DNA from: Modicisalibacter tunisiensis
GTDB lineage: Bacteria > Pseudomonadota > Gammaproteobacteria > Pseudomonadales > Halomonadaceae
DNA length: 32,000 nucleotides
Assembly: GCF_020148005.1 (NCBI RefSeq)
Contig: NZ_JAGXFD010000001.1
Span: forward strand, 348,320-380,319
Reading direction: 5' to 3'
Shown here: positions 15,189 through 27,159 of the stretch, piece after piece
Layout of the letters: every line of letters starts with the position of its first letter
How positions within the stretch are numbered: position 1 is the stretch's first letter
Notes under the pieces: generated by a model
Told to the model about the DNA's origin: nothing
The model's database searches: none
The model's input: only the letters and a program-made list of their open reading frames with translations
Position numbers and translations under genes: made by a program

Positions 15189-16208
15189 ATGCACACGCCC
15201 ACTGCCCGTCGTTCCCGTCCGCTTTCCCGCCCCTGGCCGCATGCGAGCCGGAGCGTGTGGCGTCTCGTCCGGGTCGGCCTCAGCCTGCTTCTCCTTGCCG
15301 GCTGCGGCGAGGCGACACCGGGTCTGCCCGGCACCCTGGAATGGGATCGCATCACCCGGGTGGCGGAAGTCTCGGAGCCCGTGCAGCGCTGGCTGGTCGC
15401 CGAGGGCGAGCGGGTGACCGCCGGCCAGCCCCTGCTGACGCTGGACCCGCGGCGTCTGGACGCCCGCCTGGCGCAGGCCGAGGGCGAACTCGACGGGGCG
15501 CGTGCCGCCCTGGCGGAAGCCCGGCAGGGGCCACGACAAGAGACGATCGCCGCCGCCCGGGCGGATCTTGCCCGCGCCAGAGCCGCGCAGACGCTGGCCG
15601 ACGCGGACTACCGGCGCAGCCTGCGGTTGTTCCAGCGCCAGGTGCTGGCCTCGGCCGAGCTGGATCAGGCGCTGGCGCTGCGCGACCAGCGCCGGGCCGA
15701 GGCCGACGCCCTCGCCGCCCGCCTCGAGGAGCTGCTCCGCGGCGAGCGACCGGAACGCATCGCCGCCGCCACCGCCGCGGTGGCCGCCGCCCGGGCCCAT
15801 GTCGACGACCTGCGGGTCGATCGCGAGCGCCTGGTGGTCACCGCGCCCCGCGACGGCCGGGTCGACGACCTGCCCTTCCGCCCCGGTGACCAGCCGCCGG
15901 CGGGCGCCACCCTGGTCAGCCTGCTGGTGGGCGACGCCCCCTACGCGCGCTTCTACGTGCCCGTCGGGCGACGCGCCACGCTCGCCGTGGGCGACCCGGT
16001 CACGGTGCACGTCACGGGCCTCGACACGCCCTTCGCCGCCCGCGTGGAGAGCCTCGCCCGCGAGCCGGTCTTCACGCCCTACTACGCCCTGGCCGGCGAC
16101 GATGCCAGCCGCCTGGTCTACCTTGCCCGGGCCCGCCTGACCGACGCGGCAGACGAGCGGCTGGCGGCGGGCCTGCCGGTACGCGTGGAGCTCGGCCGTG
16201 AGCCCTGA
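15189..16208 (+). CDS. HlyD-family membrane-fusion (periplasmic adaptor) lipoprotein, YbhG-like
   Basis: An N-terminal signal peptide carries the lipobox LLLAGC. Long Ala/Arg-rich coiled-coil segments are flanked by beta-barrel-type regions. It lies upstream of the ABC and ABC-2 genes, overlapping the first by 11 nt. Confidence 0.8.
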   Translation: MHTPTARRSRPLSRPWPHASRSVWRLVRVGLSLLLLAGCGEATPGLPGTLEWDRITRVAEVSEPVQRWLVAEGERVTAGQPLLTLDPRRLDARLAQAEGELDGARAALAEARQGPRQETIAAARADLARARAAQTLADADYRRSLRLFQRQVLASAELDQALALRDQRRAEADALAARLEELLRGERPERIAAATAAVAAARAHVDDLRVDRERLVVTAPRDGRVDDLPFRPGDQPPAGATLVSLLVGDAPYARFYVPVGRRATLAVGDPVTVHVTGLDTPFAARVESLAREPVFTPYYALAGDDASRLVYLARARLTDAADERLAAGLPVRVELGREP

Positions 16209-17139
16209 GACGGTGATCCGCACCCGCAACCTGAGCAAGCGCTTCGGCGCGACCCTGGCCGTCGACGACCTGACGCTGGAGGTGACGCGTGGCGAGGTCT
16301 ACGGCTTCCTGGGGCCCAACGGCTCCGGCAAGTCGACCACGTTGCGCATGCTCTGCGGCCTGCTGACCCCCAGCGCCGGCGAGATCACGGTGCTGGGTCA
16401 CGCTCTGCCCGGCGCCGCGGAGCGGCTCAAGCGAGAGCTGGGCTACATGACCCAGCGCTTTTCGCTGTATCGCGACCTGACGGTGCTCGAGAACCTGCGC
16501 TTTCTGGCGGCGCTGCACGACCTGCCGACGGCGGGCCTCGGGCGGCGCCTCGACGCCCTGATGGCACGCTACACGCTGGGCGAACTGCGCCATCGCCTGG
16601 CCGGCACCCTGAGCGGCGGCCAACAGCAGCGCCTGGCACTGGCCGCCACGGTCATGCACGCCCCGGCGCTGCTGCTGCTCGACGAACCCACCAGCGCCGT
16701 CGACCCGCAGTCGCGGCGCGACTTCTGGGAGGCGCTGTTCGAGCTGGCCGACGCCGGCACCACGCTGCTGGTCTCGACCCACTACATGGACGAGGCGGAA
16801 CGCTGCACGCGGCTGGCGATTCTCGATCACGGCCGTCTGGTCGCCGACGGCAGCCCCCGGGCGCTGATGGAGGCCCTGCCGGAAAGCCCGCTGCGCGTGA
16901 TCACCGACCGGCCACGCCAGGCCCAGCAACGGCTGCTGGCACTGCCCGAGGTGATCGCGGTGGCCCAGATCGGCACCGCCCTGCGCGTGCTGGTGGTGCC
17001 CGGCACCACCCCCGAGACCCTGACCCGGCCGCTTAAGCAGGCCGGGCTGAGCGCCACTGCCCGGGCCGACACGCCGAGCCTCGAGGACGTGTTCGTGGCC
17101 GCCACCCGCCGCACACCGGCCGCCGAGGCGTCGCCGTGA
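16198..17139 (+). CDS. ABC transporter ATP-binding protein (ABC-2 / drug-exporter type)
   Basis: It has Walker A GPNGSGKST, the signature LSGGQQQR and Walker B LLLLDEPT. The GTG start overlaps the HlyD stop. Confidence 0.9.
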   Translation: MSPETVIRTRNLSKRFGATLAVDDLTLEVTRGEVYGFLGPNGSGKSTTLRMLCGLLTPSAGEITVLGHALPGAAERLKRELGYMTQRFSLYRDLTVLENLRFLAALHDLPTAGLGRRLDALMARYTLGELRHRLAGTLSGGQQQRLALAATVMHAPALLLLDEPTSAVDPQSRRDFWEALFELADAGTTLLVSTHYMDEAERCTRLAILDHGRLVADGSPRALMEALPESPLRVITDRPRQAQQRLLALPEVIAVAQIGTALRVLVVPGTTPETLTRPLKQAGLSATARADTPSLEDVFVAATRRTPAAEASP

Positions 17140-18227
17140 GCCTGCGCCGCCTGCTGGCCGTGATCGTCAAGGAACTGCGCCAGCTGCGGCGCGACCGGCT
17201 GACCTTCGCGATGATCGTGGGGATTCCGGTGATGCAGCTGATCCTGTTCGGCTACGCCATCAATCTCGATGTGCGCGGACTGGATGCGGCGGTCGTCGAT
17301 CAGGCCGGCACGGCCCACTCCCGCGAGATCATCGACGCGATCGGCGCCAGCCAGGTACTCGACCTGCGCTACCGGGTCGCCACGCCCCAGGCCGCCGAGG
17401 CGCTGCTGCGCGCCGGGCGCGTCAGCACCGCCCTGGTGGTGCCCGCCGATCTGGAGGCGCGCCTGGCCCGCGACGACCGCCCGGCGCTGCAGCTGGTGGT
17501 CGACGGGGCCGATCAGGTGGTGCAGGCCACCGCCCGTCAGCTGGCCCGTTTCCCGGTGGCCGGCGACGCCGGCTGGACCCGGCGGATCAATCCCGTGGAA
17601 GTGGTCAACTACTACAACCCGGAGCGGCGGGCGCCGATCAACACCGTGCCCGGCCTGATCGGCGTCATCCTGACCATGACGCTGGTGATGTTCACCGCCA
17701 TCGCCCTGGTCCGCGAGCGCGAGAACGGCAACCTGGAACTGCTGATCGCCACGCCCCTGTCGCGCTGGGAACTGACCCTGGGCAAGGTCGTGCCCTTCAT
17801 CGCCATCGGCCTCGTGCAGGTCACCCTGGTGCTGCTGCTCGGCGGCGTGCTGTTCGCGGTGCCGATCCGCGGCTCGCTGGGCGATCTCTACCTGGCGGCG
17901 CTGGTGTTCATCGTCGCCAACCTGGCGCTGGGCATCTTCCTGTCGACGCTGGCGCGCAGCCAGTTCCAGGCCATGCAGCTGGCGGTGTTCACCTTCCTGC
18001 CGCAGATACTGCTCTCGGGCTTCATGTTCCCCTTCGCCGGCATGCCCCGGGCGGCTCGCTGGGTAGCCGAACTGCTGCCGCTGACCCACTTCCTGCGGCT
18101 GATTCGCGGCATCATGCTGCGCGGCGCCGGCCTCGCCGAACTGTGGCCGTCGCTGGCGGCGCTCGGCGTGTTCACCCTGCTGATGCTGGGGCTGACCGTG
18201 TCACGGCTGCGCAAGCGGCTGGATTGA
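17136..18227 (+). CDS. ABC-2 type transporter permease (YbhS/YbhR-like)
   Basis: This 363-aa protein has an N-terminal TM segment, a large periplasmic loop and a C-terminal cluster of TM helices. Its GTGA start/stop overlap with the ATPase gene suggests translational coupling. Confidence 0.85.
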   Translation: MSLRRLLAVIVKELRQLRRDRLTFAMIVGIPVMQLILFGYAINLDVRGLDAAVVDQAGTAHSREIIDAIGASQVLDLRYRVATPQAAEALLRAGRVSTALVVPADLEARLARDDRPALQLVVDGADQVVQATARQLARFPVAGDAGWTRRINPVEVVNYYNPERRAPINTVPGLIGVILTMTLVMFTAIALVRERENGNLELLIATPLSRWELTLGKVVPFIAIGLVQVTLVLLLGGVLFAVPIRGSLGDLYLAALVFIVANLALGIFLSTLARSQFQAMQLAVFTFLPQILLSGFMFPFAGMPRAARWVAELLPLTHFLRLIRGIMLRGAGLAELWPSLAALGVFTLLMLGLTVSRLRKRLD

Positions 18228-18307
18228 ACGGCAGCCGGCAAGGAGCGAGAGTCAGGCTGCCGGTGGAAGCGACGTCAGTCGCGATATAGCCCGCAGCCCG
18301 AGTCTAG

Positions 18308-18446
18308 GGTTCGTACGAAAAGTCGGCGAGCGAAGGCAAGACAAGGCAAAAATCGGCGAAAAAGCGGAGTTTACGGGGTGTAAATGAGTATTTTGAGCCG
18401 ATTTTTAACGCCGTATTGTCGAGCGCAGGCAGTTTTCGTACAAAGC
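18308..18446. repeat. Symmetric imperfect palindromic element of ~139 bp (ERIC/MITE-like), relatively A+T-rich
   Basis: Its centre is TTTAC-ggggt-GTAAA (18370..18384). The matched arm blocks are equidistant from the centre: AAAAATCGGC (18348..18357) pairs with GCCGATTTTT (18397..18406), and the GTACGAAAA core of CGTACGAAAA (18312..18321) pairs with TTTTCGTAC (18433..18441). Confidence 0.55.
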
Positions 18447-20827
<2,381 letters not shown>

Positions 20828-20838
20828 ATCCGGCAACG

Positions 20839-20863
20839 AAAAACCCCGTGATCGCTCACGGGG
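20839..20863 (-). terminator. Rho-independent terminator after zipA
   Basis: On the minus strand, the 8-bp stem CCCCGTGA-gcga-TCACGGGG is followed directly by TTTTT. It lies 24 nt after the zipA stop. Confidence 0.8.
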
Positions 20864-20886
20864 TCGGGTTGCGGTGGCGCACGGCG

Positions 20887-22146
20887 TCAGGTGGCCTGGG
20901 AGCGGTGCAACCGGTGGCGGCGCTCGAACTCCTGCACCTGCTGGCGGGCGAACTCCACGGTCTGGGCGGTCATCACGCTGTGGTTCTCGTCCTTGAGCTC
21001 GCCGCCGAGGTTGCGCACCACCACCATCGCCGTCTCGACCATCGCCTCGAAGGCGGCGGCGGAATCCCGGGCCCCGGGCAGCGGCATCAGGAAGGTGATG
21101 CCGGGCGTGGCGTAGTCGTCCATCGTCTCGAGCTCGAAGGTACCGGGCTTGACCACATCGACCATGGCGAACTGCAGCGCGCTGTCGGCCTCTTCCGTCT
21201 CGTTGCGCAGGAAGATGCCCATATCGCTGTAACGCAGCCCACAGGCCAGCATCAGCCGCAGCAGGTCGGTACCCGCGAAGCCCTCCTCGTCGCGGGCCAT
21301 CACGCTGATGACGATGACATCCTCGGCACGGCCCAGGGCCTCCCGGGCCCGCTGGGCGCTCACCGGGTGACGGCGCGCCTTCTCGACCACCGGGTGCGGC
21401 GTGACCACGTCATCGCGCAACGGGGCATCCTCGGCGGCTTCGCTGGCGGCCACCGGCGTCTCGGGCTCGGACGGCGCGACCTCGGGCTCGGGCGCCGACT
21501 CGCGTTCGGGCATCACCTCGGGCATCTCGAAGGCCGGCTCCGCAGCCGCGGCGTCGGCGGGCTCATGAACCTCCTCGTCCCGCTCGCGGCGCTGGAACAC
21601 ACGCTTCATGGAGCGTGTCAGACCGCCGGCCACGTCGCGGCCGGCCCGGGCCGAGGCCTCCTCGCCTGCCGGCTCGGCAGCCCGCTTCGGCGCGTCCTCG
21701 CGATGCGGGGCGTCATCCCGTTCGGCATGCAGCGGCATGGTCACCGAGGGCGCGTCGCCCGCCTCCGCGTCGGCCGCCTCGTCGCGCCGGGCACGCGGAC
21801 TCTGGGCCGGCCGTTCGGCGCCGGGCTTGCGAGCGTCGGCGGTCTCGCGCTTCATGCGCGCGAACACCCGCGACGGCCCGGGGTGCTCCTGACGTTCGAG
21901 ATCGGGCTTGGGCTCGACGGTCGTCTTCGATGCCGGACTGACGACCCTTGCCCCTCCATTGGGCAGCTCCCAGTTGACTTCGGCCCGGCGTGCAGCCTCT
22001 TCGGGATCCACGCTCTCCCGCTCGTCGTCCTCGACTTCGTCGAGCCGGGGCACCTTGCGCTGGCGCTGTAGGCGGCGCACGCCATCGACGACGATGATCG
22101 CCACCAGAACCAGCCCCAGGATGATCAACCACTCTCTTAGTTCCAT
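20887..22146 (-). CDS. zipA: Cell division protein ZipA
   Basis: The ORF is trimmed to ATG at 22146 (MELREWLIILGLVLVAIIVVDGVRR). It has a single N-terminal TM segment, a long charged Pro/Ala/Glu-rich linker and a conserved C-terminal FtsZ-binding domain (ISVMARDEEGFAG...FLMPLPG). It shows smc-zipA-ligA synteny. Confidence 0.9.
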   Translation of the reverse strand: MELREWLIILGLVLVAIIVVDGVRRLQRQRKVPRLDEVEDDERESVDPEEAARRAEVNWELPNGGARVVSPASKTTVEPKPDLERQEHPGPSRVFARMKRETADARKPGAERPAQSPRARRDEAADAEAGDAPSVTMPLHAERDDAPHREDAPKRAAEPAGEEASARAGRDVAGGLTRSMKRVFQRRERDEEVHEPADAAAAEPAFEMPEVMPERESAPEPEVAPSEPETPVAASEAAEDAPLRDDVVTPHPVVEKARRHPVSAQRAREALGRAEDVIVISVMARDEEGFAGTDLLRLMLACGLRYSDMGIFLRNETEEADSALQFAMVDVVKPGTFELETMDDYATPGITFLMPLPGARDSAAAFEAMVETAMVVVRNLGGELKDENHSVMTAQTVEFARQQVQEFERRHRLHRSQAT

Positions 22147-22217
22147 GGGTCGTCTTGCCTGTTTGATAAGGCGCAATGCCTAGGTATTCACCTCGTCACT
22201 AGCATAGCGCGATTGAC

Positions 22218-22256
22218 AAAAAAAAGGCCACTTGCACGGGAAAGTCAAGCTTTCCC
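22218..22256 (-). terminator. Probable terminator after smc
   Basis: On the minus strand there is a perfect 7-bp stem GGGAAAG-cttga-CTTTCCC (22256..22238), and a T8 run (22225..22218) follows 12 nt later. That gap is longer than in a textbook terminator. Confidence 0.45.
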
Positions 22257-22333
22257 CGGAGCCCTCTCAATCGCCCTTCTTTTCCCTGCCGGCGAAACAC
22301 GATTGTCGAACGCCGGGCGCCGGACCATCGGAT

Positions 22334-25300
22334 TCACGCCTCGGCCAACTCGGCGGCTTCCTCGACACCGACGGCCACCAGGCGCGACACCCCCGGCTCC
22401 TGCATGGTGACCCCCATCAGCCGATCGGCGGCCTCCATGGCGATCTTGTTGTGCGTTATATAGATGAACTGCACGCTCTCGGCCATGTCCCTGACCAGTT
22501 TGGCGTAGCGGCCGACATTGGCATCATCCAGTGGCGCATCGACCTCGTCGAGCATGCAGAACGGCGCCGGGTTCAGCTGGAAGATCGCGAACACCAGCGA
22601 GAGAGCCGTCAGCGCCTTTTCCCCACCGGAAAGCAGATGAATGGTGCTGTTTTTCTTGCCCGGCGGACGCGCCATGATCGCCACGCCCGTCTCCAGCAAA
22701 TCCTCGCCGGTCAGCGTCAGCCACGCCGTTCCGCCGCCGAAAACCCGTGGAAAAAGCTCGCCGAAACCGGCGTTGACCCGCTCGAAAGTTTCCTTGAAAC
22801 GGGTGCGGGTCTCCTGGTCGATCTTGCGAATCGCCCGCTCCAGGGTGTCCAGTGCTTCGCTGAGCTCGGCATGCTGGGCTTCGAGATAGTCGCGCCGCTC
22901 GGCCTGCTGGTCATACTCCTCGATGGCGGCGAGGTTGATGGCGCCCAGCCGGCGAATCCGCTCGCCCACCGTCTCGAGCCGGCTCTGCCAGGCCGATTCG
23001 GTGGCGTCGGGATCGAGCTCGGCCTCGAGATCGGCCGCCCGGTGCCCCAGCTCGCCGAGCGCCTCGTCCTGGGCGTCGGCCTTGAGCTTGAGCGCCTGCA
23101 CCTGCATGCGCCCCTCTTCCAGCCGCTGGCGGATGCCCTCCAGGTTGCGCTCGTGCTGCTGGCGCGCCAGCTCGGTCTCGCGCAGCGTCTCGCCAAGCCG
23201 GGCCGCCTCGTCGCGACAGGCGTTGAGCGCGCGCTCCTCGCGGGTGCGGCGGTCGAGGAGTTCCTCGAGCTGCTCGCGCTCCTCGTCCCGCGGCTCGCGC
23301 AGCGTCTCGCGGCTGGCCTCCAGCTCGGCGCACTTGTCCTCGAGCCGGGTGCGGGTCTCGTCGCCCCGCCCGCGCTGCTCGAGCAACCCGGCGCGTTCGG
23401 TGCGCAGCCGCTGATCCTCGAGCGCCAGCTGCTGTGAGCGCTCCTGCAGGGGACGCAGCCGGGCGCGGCGCCCGGCCAGCGCCTCCTGGGCCTCGCGACG
23501 GCGCCGGTCGAGCGCCTCGCGCCGCTCGCTGCCGGCCTCGAGGGTTTCCATGGCCGCCTGCCAGCGCTCCCGGGCGCTCTCCAGCTCGAGCGCCTGCGTC
23601 TCGCGCTGCTCCTGAAGACCCGCGATCTCCTCGGCGAGTTCCCCATGCCGCCCCTCGATGTGGGACAGCTTGGTTCCCAGATTCGCCTCGGCCAGTGCCG
23701 CCTGCTGACGCTGCTCGGTCAGCTCGCGCTCGCCGACGCGCACCTGTTCCAGGGCCCGCTCGAGCTCGGCATCCCGGGCCTGCAGCGCCTCGACCCGCTG
23801 CGCGCAGGTCTCGAGCCGTGCGGCGGCCGCCTCGAGCTCTTCGCCCGCCGCCTCGCGCCGCTGCCGCTGGGCGATCACCCCGGTCTCGCCGTCCTCGAGG
23901 CCGAGACGCCGCGCCCAGCCGTCGCCCAGCCACAGGCCGTCGGCGGTGATCACGCTCTCGTCGGGGGCCAGCTCGGGCAGGCGGGCCCAGGCGGTCTCGA
24001 GGTCGTCGGCACAGTACACCCGCGCCAGCAGCGCACCGGCGGCCCCGGCACCTCCGGTCTTCTCGGCCAGGGTGCCCGACGGCGCGCTCCCGGCGTCGGC
24101 GGCCACCAGGCTGAGCTCGCCACTCTCCAGCCCCCGGGCCAGGGCCTGACGGGGCAGTTCGGGCAGCAAGCGCGCGTGCAGCCAGGCCCCCAGCACCCAG
24201 GCGACCAGCCGTTCCCAGCCCGGCGCCACCTGCAGGCGTTCGGCCAGGCGCGGTGCCTGATCGAGCCCTTCATTGGCCAGCCAGTCGTTCAGCGCCGCGT
24301 CCTGATCGTCGAGGCTCGCGGCGAGCAGGGCGTCCAGCGAGGCGATCTCGCCCTGCAGGCGACTGCGGCTCTCGCGCTGGGTCTCGCGCTCGGTCTCGGC
24401 CGCGCGCAGTGCCTCGCGGCCGGCATCACGCTCGGCCTGCAGGGCATCGCGTCGGGTTTCCAGCGTCTCGAGCTCGAGGTCGATGTCGGCGAGTTGCTCG
24501 GCGAGTTCCTCGCGGCGTTCGCGCAGTGCGGCGTCGTCGGGCAGCTCGGCCAGCTGCTGGCGCCGCCGCTCGATCTCCCGGCCCCGGGCCTCGAGCGACT
24601 GCTCGTGATGGCGCACGCTGTCCTGGGCGCGTTCGGCCTCGTGGGCGGCCTGGCTGTCGCGCTCCTGAAAATCCTGCCATTCCGCCTGGGCGGCCTCGTT
24701 GGCGGCCTCGGCCTCCTCCAGCGCGGCCTCCAGTTCGGCCAGCGACTCGGCCACGGTTTCCTGCTCGGGCCCCAGCGTCTCCAGGCGTTCGTCGAGCTGG
24801 GTCAGCCGCTCGCCGTCGGACTCCCCGAGGCGGTCCAGCTCGGCCAGCTCGCGCCGCGCCGAGTCGATCTCGCGGGCCAGCTGCTGCTCCTGGTGACGGG
24901 CATGTTCGAGGCGCTGCTCGAGGCGCGCGATGGCCGCGCCGGTCTCGTAGAAGCGCGCCTGATGGCCCTCGAGTTGCTCGGCCAGACGATCGTGCTCGAG
25001 ACGCGCCTCCTCCAGGCGGGTCTCGCACTCGCGCTGGCCGAGGATCTCGCGCTCGACCTGGGTCTCGAGCTCGCGCACGCGGGATTCCTGCTCGGTCTGC
25101 TGGGCGCGCAGGGCGCGACCGCGCAGCAGTGCCAGCTCGCCCTTGAGGCGATGCTCCTCCTGCTTGAGGGTCTGGTAGCGGCGCGCCGCCTCGGCCTGGC
25201 GCTTCAAGCGCTCGAGCTGCTTGTCGAGCTCCTCGCGGATGTCGTCGAGGCGCTCGAGGTTCTCCTGGGTGCGGCGCATGCGATTCTCGGTCTCGCGGCG

Positions 25301-25828
25301 GCGCTCCTTGTACTTGGAGATGCCGGCGGCCTCCTCGAGCGTCGAGCGCAGCTCCTCGGGACGCGCCTCGATCAGCCGCGAGATCATGCCCTGGCCGATG
25401 ATCGCGTAGGAGCGCGGCCCCAGCCCGGTGCCCAGGAACAGGTCGGCGATGTCGCGGCGACGGCACTTCTGGCCGTTGAAGAAGTAGGTGGACTGGCTGT
25501 CGCGGTTGACCTGGCGCTTGACGGCGATCTCGGCGTACTGGGCGTAGGGCCCGCCCATGCTGCCGTCGCGGTTGTCGAAGAGCAGTTCGATGGAGGCCTG
25601 GCCGACCGGCTTGCGCCCGGTGGAGCCGTTGAAGATGACGTCGGTCATCGACTCGCCGCGCAGGGTCTTGGCCGAGGACTCGCCCATCACCCAGCGCACC
25701 GCATCGATGACGTTGGACTTGCCGCAGCCGTTGGGGCCGACGATCGCCGTCATGTTGCCGTCGAAGGGCACGGTCACGGGGTCGACGAACGACTTGAAGC
25801 CGGCCAGCTTGATCGATTTGAGACGCAT
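22334..25828 (-). CDS. smc: Chromosome segregation protein SMC
   Basis: This 1164-aa protein has N-terminal Walker A GPNGCGKSN and long coiled-coil arms around a central hinge. The C-terminal region carries the signature LSGGEKALTA and Walker B FCMLDEVDAPLD. Confidence 0.95.
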   Translation of the reverse strand: MRLKSIKLAGFKSFVDPVTVPFDGNMTAIVGPNGCGKSNVIDAVRWVMGESSAKTLRGESMTDVIFNGSTGRKPVGQASIELLFDNRDGSMGGPYAQYAEIAVKRQVNRDSQSTYFFNGQKCRRRDIADLFLGTGLGPRSYAIIGQGMISRLIEARPEELRSTLEEAAGISKYKERRRETENRMRRTQENLERLDDIREELDKQLERLKRQAEAARRYQTLKQEEHRLKGELALLRGRALRAQQTEQESRVRELETQVEREILGQRECETRLEEARLEHDRLAEQLEGHQARFYETGAAIARLEQRLEHARHQEQQLAREIDSARRELAELDRLGESDGERLTQLDERLETLGPEQETVAESLAELEAALEEAEAANEAAQAEWQDFQERDSQAAHEAERAQDSVRHHEQSLEARGREIERRRQQLAELPDDAALRERREELAEQLADIDLELETLETRRDALQAERDAGREALRAAETERETQRESRSRLQGEIASLDALLAASLDDQDAALNDWLANEGLDQAPRLAERLQVAPGWERLVAWVLGAWLHARLLPELPRQALARGLESGELSLVAADAGSAPSGTLAEKTGGAGAAGALLARVYCADDLETAWARLPELAPDESVITADGLWLGDGWARRLGLEDGETGVIAQRQRREAAGEELEAAAARLETCAQRVEALQARDAELERALEQVRVGERELTEQRQQAALAEANLGTKLSHIEGRHGELAEEIAGLQEQRETQALELESARERWQAAMETLEAGSERREALDRRRREAQEALAGRRARLRPLQERSQQLALEDQRLRTERAGLLEQRGRGDETRTRLEDKCAELEASRETLREPRDEEREQLEELLDRRTREERALNACRDEAARLGETLRETELARQQHERNLEGIRQRLEEGRMQVQALKLKADAQDEALGELGHRAADLEAELDPDATESAWQSRLETVGERIRRLGAINLAAIEEYDQQAERRDYLEAQHAELSEALDTLERAIRKIDQETRTRFKETFERVNAGFGELFPRVFGGGTAWLTLTGEDLLETGVAIMARPPGKKNSTIHLLSGGEKALTALSLVFAIFQLNPAPFCMLDEVDAPLDDANVGRYAKLVRDMAESVQFIYITHNKIAMEAADRLMGVTMQEPGVSRLVAVGVEEAAELAEA

Positions 25829-25920
25829 GCGCTGCGGGAGGCCCTCGTTGCCAACGGTCGAAGTGGCCAGAGTCTACCCAACCGACCGGCACGGCCCAAG
25901 CGCTGATCGTGCGCGAGCGC

Positions 25921-27159
25921 TCACTCGACGACGTGGTCGATGCGCAGGGCCTGCACGGGCGTGTCATCCGCCAGCGTCACCGGCCCCAGCCGGCCGACCA
26001 GGTCGCCGGGCCGAGGGGCGGCCTGCCCCTGCCGCGAGACCCGCCCCACCAGGCGTACCCGGTCGACCGCGGAGAGACGCGCGCGGGGCGTCATGGCGTC
26101 CGCATCGTCGAGGGTGACGGTACGCGGCAGGTCCGCCACCCGCAGCCGTTCGACGGCCAGCGGCGGCAGCTTGCCGTCGACATCGCGCGCGACCACGAAC
26201 ACGCTGGCGTCGGGCGCGACACGCTCGCGTAGATTGTCGGCCAGGCTGACACGGACCCGCAGGCTCGCGGTGCTGCCGCTGCCCTCGCCTGCCCGGCCCG
26301 ACTCCCCCTGACGCTGCCGGGCGATGGCGATGCCGCGCTGGAGCGCCGCCACCGCGGCCTCGTCGTCATAGCCGGCGCTGGCCCGTCGCCAGTAGTCGAT
26401 GGCCTGGTCGTAGTGCTGCCGGTCGAAGGCCGCCACGCCGAGCAGGCCCAGCACGATCGGCTGGCGCGGGTCCCGGGACAGGGTCTCGTCGATCAGCGAC
26501 TGGACCTCGTCGGTCAGGGTGCGCCCGGCGGCGAAGAACTCGAGCTGTGCCAGCCGGGCCAGCAGCTCGGGACGCCGCGACGTCAGCGCGATGGCCCGGC
26601 GCAGGCTGGCGATCGCCTTGTCGAGCCGCCCGGCATCGCGATAGAGCGGCGCCAGCGTCAGCCACACCTTGGGGTTGCCGGGCTGGCGCTCGGCCTGGGT
26701 CTCCAGGCGCGCGACGAGCTCGGCGGGCGTGGCGCCGGGCGCATGGCGCACCGACTGGATGGCCGTGTACAGCGCCAGGTCGCCCACCGCGCCCTCCTCG
26801 CGATAGAGTCCCAAGCTGCCCGCCACCAGCCCCGCGGCCAGGACGAACACCAGCCACCGTCCGCTGCGTGGCGAACGCCGAGGCGAACGCCAGCGCGGCG
26901 ATGCGCTCTCGCCGGTGTCGTCGAGCAGGCCGCGCTCGAGCGCCAGACGCTCCTCGGCGTAGCGCTCGGCATCCAGTTCGTCGCGCTGTCGGGCCGCATC
27001 GAGCCGCGCCAGGCGCCGGCGATAGGCCGCCACGTTCTCGGCCGTGTGGGCGGGGTCGTCGACAGGCGCCCGCTCGAAGCGGGCCCGCCACAGCGGCCGG
27101 CACACCAGCCACACCGCCGGCAGCAGCATCAGGCTCAGCAGCAGCCACAGCACGATCAT
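25921..27159 (-). CDS. ccmI: Cytochrome c-type biogenesis protein CcmI (CycH), TPR-containing
   Basis: The ORF is trimmed to ATG at 27159 (MIVLWLLLSLMLLPAVWL...). It has two N-terminal TM segments followed by TPR-like repeats. It overlaps the ccmH stop by 4 nt and is the last gene of the ccm cluster. Confidence 0.8.
   Translation of the reverse strand: MIVLWLLLSLMLLPAVWLVCRPLWRARFERAPVDDPAHTAENVAAYRRRLARLDAARQRDELDAERYAEERLALERGLLDDTGESASPRWRSPRRSPRSGRWLVFVLAAGLVAGSLGLYREEGAVGDLALYTAIQSVRHAPGATPAELVARLETQAERQPGNPKVWLTLAPLYRDAGRLDKAIASLRRAIALTSRRPELLARLAQLEFFAAGRTLTDEVQSLIDETLSRDPRQPIVLGLLGVAAFDRQHYDQAIDYWRRASAGYDDEAAVAALQRGIAIARQRQGESGRAGEGSGSTASLRVRVSLADNLRERVAPDASVFVVARDVDGKLPPLAVERLRVADLPRTVTLDDADAMTPRARLSAVDRVRLVGRVSRQGQAAPRPGDLVGRLGPVTLADDTPVQALRIDHVVE

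Noticed and set aside
22334-25828. The SMC-like ATPase as part of a defence system (Wadjet- or Lamassu-like).
   Set aside because: It is a full-length canonical SMC (1164 aa, with hinge and coiled coils) in the conserved smc-zipA-ligA housekeeping arrangement, with no accessory defence genes.
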